Shown one piece after another: positions 6,378-8,544 of a DNA stretch of 8,544 bases. The stretch lies in the IMG/VR virus record IMGVR_UViG_2751185968_000010. The stretch is one strand, 5' to 3'. Numbering within the stretch: position 1 is the stretch's first letter; the number at the start of each line of letters is the position of its first letter. The position numbers and the translations under genes were made by a program. A model generated the notes under the pieces. The model did no database searches. It was not told the origin of the DNA and saw nothing but the letters and a program-made list of their open reading frames with translations. Source of the DNA: a virus (taxonomy: Duplodnaviria > Heunggongvirae > Uroviricota > Caudoviricetes).

Positions 6378-7277
6378 TTATAAATCAACAACATTTAGTG
6401 TTATATCAATATTATTTAGCCTTGCAATCTCTGATGAATCACTTGCTATTTTAGCTTTTAATTTATCAATATTAATCATATCTTCATGGCTTATATAAAC
6501 CATATCACCTTGGTTAACTTTAGATTTGTTCACTATGGCTTGAATAACAGACAAATCATCCATTACACCTCTCATAAATTTCACCATGCTTTGATCTTTG
6601 AAGTCAGATATCGATTTTGAACGTTGCTTACGTTGAATTGTTCCTTTTGTAATTACTTCATTAATTTCTTTTAAACCAGTGAGCATATCAGACAGACTGC
6701 CTTCGCAACTCATCCGATGTTTTATTGCATTGCGATTAATAATATTGAGTATAATTTCGAGTGAATCTTTATCACTCCATGGATGTAATGATGTATAATC
6801 ATGATGGCGTCGAATGGCGTCAATCATATCCTGGACCATATCTTCATCTGCTTTATCGCAAAGTTCATTCACGAAATAGCTGGGGTCGATTATTTTACAA
6901 TAACTTGGAGTTAGGTATCTTGAGGCTTTACAAAAACCAAAAATATATAAAGTAGAGTATTTATCTTTCAGACTCTCTCCTATTTCATTTGTTTCCTCAA
7001 AAGATTCGATAGTTTTTTTAATTTTTGCTGGACTTGCATTCGTAGTAACTTGAACTGCTATCATGTTTTTATTATCAGCTAAATCAATGGCGGGAAAATT
7101 AACTTTAATCTGATTCATGTTTACCAGTTCACCCATTTTCAGCGCGCGAAACATAAAGATGGTCAATGACTCAATTATTCTTTCCATGTCATGAAAGCCT
7201 GCCTGTTTGCGTTGCGCGATATAAAGCTGGAGTAGTGCAATATCACTCTGTAAGTTTCTAATAAGTGGATCAATCAT
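6378..7277 (-). CDS. Hypothetical 299-aa protein with a candidate HEPN-type R-N-x-x-x-H motif (putative RNase/abortive-infection-like)
   Basis: ATG start with SD AAGGA 9 nt upstream. Residues 182-187 RNAIKH (nt 6734-6717), in a predicted helical context LEIILNIINRNAIKHRMS, fit the HEPN Rx4-6H signature. N-terminal region has a strand-like AIDLADNKNMIAVQVTT segment. No family assignment is possible without a search. Confidence 0.65.
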   Translation of the reverse strand: MIDPLIRNLQSDIALLQLYIAQRKQAGFHDMERIIESLTIFMFRALKMGELVNMNQIKVNFPAIDLADNKNMIAVQVTTNASPAKIKKTIESFEETNEIGESLKDKYSTLYIFGFCKASRYLTPSYCKIIDPSYFVNELCDKADEDMVQDMIDAIRRHHDYTSLHPWSDKDSLEIILNIINRNAIKHRMSCEGSLSDMLTGLKEINEVITKGTIQRKQRSKSISDFKDQSMVKFMRGVMDDLSVIQAIVNKSKVNQGDMVYISHEDMINIDKLKAKIASDSSEIARLNNIDITLNVVDL

Positions 7278-7313
7278 AGCTAATAATCCTTTTCAATGAA
7301 GCTGGAGGTGTGT

Positions 7314-7346
7314 TTAACTATTAGTTAAATTTCTATTTTTATAGAA
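7314..7346. repeat. Two adjacent palindromes in the promoter region of the 299-aa gene (TTAACTA-T-TAGTTAA and TTCTAT-TTTT-ATAGAA)
   Basis: Read directly: 7314-7328 and 7331-7346, 37-70 bp upstream of the start codon at 7277. Confidence 0.5.
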
Positions 7347-7529
7347 ACAAGCTTTACAACTTCATCAAAGTTTCTCAAATCCTAATCCACTTTGCAAATC
7401 CACTAACCATGCTGAATGCTTTCTGTTGTTAAACATATCCGCTGCTGGCACCAAGCAGACAAACACACTAACTCTACCCTACTCCACAAAAGAGCCAATC
7501 AATATCTGAACTAATAAACTTTAATCTCA

Positions 7530-7952
7530 TCACTTCAATAAATATCGAGCATTTCCCTGATAGAATGCTAGTATGCGCTGCATAACTTCACTCTTCCGGC
7601 ACTCGCGACAGATTATGTTCTGACGCCTGTCGTAGCGACGTATTTCTCCGTCAGGTAATGACCAGATAAGGTCCGGATCAACCGCAGATGGTTCCTTCAG
7701 CTTTGCCCTTGAGAGCTTTTTACGGGCATTTTGCCAGTCCTTACGCGCCTGTTCAGACGGGAATAACCCGTAACCAGAGTTGTATACATCGCCGCTGGCA
7801 ACCAGCTCTCTTGCGAGAACGCTCATCAGATATCTTGTCGCACCTGTCTTGACTTCCAGTTGCCGTAACGTCTCACGACCGCTCTGGCGCACGAGTTCCA
7901 CCACCTGCCCTTTAATTTTTTCCCGCTCTTCTTGTGTAAAAACTTTTGCCAC
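7530..7952 (-). CDS. Hypothetical protein (140 aa), backbone-like GC
   Basis: GTG start with strong SD AAGGGGGA 4-5 nt upstream; about 50% GC; no family recognised. Confidence 0.6.
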   Translation of the reverse strand: MAKVFTQEEREKIKGQVVELVRQSGRETLRQLEVKTGATRYLMSVLARELVASGDVYNSGYGLFPSEQARKDWQNARKKLSRAKLKEPSAVDPDLIWSLPDGEIRRYDRRQNIICRECRKSEVMQRILAFYQGNARYLLK

Positions 7953-7992
7953 AAGTCCCCCTTAAAATTACCTCATGACCTGAAATCAAAAC

Positions 7993-8183
7993 TTATCCTC
8001 TGAAACCAGGCGGAATTTCTGTATCCGGTTCAGAAATATGATTAACACAACGCTGTACAGGTGAACGCCCCAGGCGGATGACCAGTTCGTCCCATTTTTC
8101 GCGGAGCTTTGACGGGCTCATGATGTTTTTTACCCAGAACGGATCCCGCTGTACCCGACCAAACATTTCACAAATTTGTCTGT
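7993..8183 (-). pseudogene. Possible 3' remnant of a gene truncated by the IS insertion (open frame abutting the IS end)
   Basis: Minus-strand frame open from the IS junction (8183) to a stop at 7995-7993: ...RQICEMFGRVQRDPFWVKNIMSPSKLREKWDELVIRLGRSPVQRCVNHISEPDTEIPPGFRG. Could also be non-coding. Confidence 0.25.
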
Positions 8184-8544
8184 TGAACCGCCCCGGGAAT
8201 CCTGGAGACTAAACTCCCTGAGAAAGAGGTAAACAGGATGACTAAAAATACTCGTTTTTCCCCCGAAGTCCGTCAGAGGGCGATTCGTATGGTTCTGGAA
8301 AGTCAGGGCGAATATGACTCACAGTGGGCGGCAATTTGTTCCATTGCCCCAAAGATTGGCTGTACACCGGAGACTCTGCGTGTCTGGGTACGCCAGCATG
8401 AGCGGGATACCGGAGGCGGTGATGGCGGGCTCACCACCGCTGAACGTCAGCGTCTGAAAGAGCTGGAACGTGAAAATCGTGAACTGCGCCGCAGTAACGA
8501 TATCCTTCGCCAGGCTTCCGCTTATTTTGCGAAGGCGGAGTTCG
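8184..8544 (+). mobile_element. IS3-family insertion sequence, left end (IS629-like); continues beyond the window
   Basis: Terminal sequence TGAACCGCCCCGGGAATCCTGGAGACTAAAC... starting with TG, followed 54 nt later by the OrfA start; matches my recollection of the IS629 left end. Confidence 0.8.
8238..8544 (+). CDS. IS3-family transposase OrfA (HTH subunit), first 102 codons; 3' end outside the window
   Basis: Translation [102 protein letters not shown] matches IS629/IS1203-type OrfA as I remember it. SD GAGG upstream. Confidence 0.9.
   Translation, partial: MTKNTRFSPEVRQRAIRMVLESQGEYDSQWAAICSIAPKIGCTPETLRVWVRQHERDTGGGDGGLTTAERQRLKELERENRELRRSNDILRQASAYFAKAEF

Larger units (their letters stand above)
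4480..7420. other. Low-GC cargo island (about 30% GC against about 50-60% flanking) with three uncharacterised genes
   Basis: Hand GC counts on 60-nt lines: 5041-5100 about 32%, 7321-7380 about 22%, against 2401-2460 about 60% and 7441-7500 about 50%. Boundaries approximate (left 4460-4520, right 7400-7450). Confidence 0.7.

Noticed and set aside
6761-6955. Plus-strand 64-aa ORF inside the 299-aa gene
   Set aside because: Antisense shadow frame; no SD.
4384-7440. Shared 8-mer TTAAACAT near both island edges as a possible att-type direct repeat
   Set aside because: Too short and AT-rich to separate from chance; no longer flanking identity was seen.
7780-7965. Plus-strand 61-aa ORF overlapping the 140-aa gene
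   Set aside because: Antisense shadow frame.
1-8544. CRISPR array or other tandem repeat arrays
   Set aside because: No regularly spaced direct repeats of CRISPR length were seen anywhere in the window.

Overview
The window reads as an Escherichia/Shigella-type lambdoid prophage segment interrupted by a foreign low-GC cargo island and an IS element. Positions 1-4160 (about 50-60% GC) carry a minus-strand late-regulatory module: a lambda-Q-like antiterminator with a PR'-like promoter and short tR'-like terminator, RusA resolvase, a DUF968/HNH-like protein, small ORFs, the start of a DPPY DNA methyltransferase, and a complete hok/sok-type type I toxin-antitoxin locus (HokD-like). Positions about 4480-7420 are a roughly 3 kb island of about 30% GC with three uncharacterised genes: a 4-TM membrane protein translationally linked to a small class-I SAM-dependent methyltransferase (plus strand), and a convergent 299-aa protein with a candidate HEPN-type RNxxxH motif (minus strand). 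This island is the best candidate for an undescribed defence or toxin-type system. Positions 7530-8183 return to backbone-like composition, and an IS3-family element (IS629-like, OrfA start) begins at 8184 and runs off the window. All identifications come from reading and translating the sequence and from remembered protein families; no database search was run.
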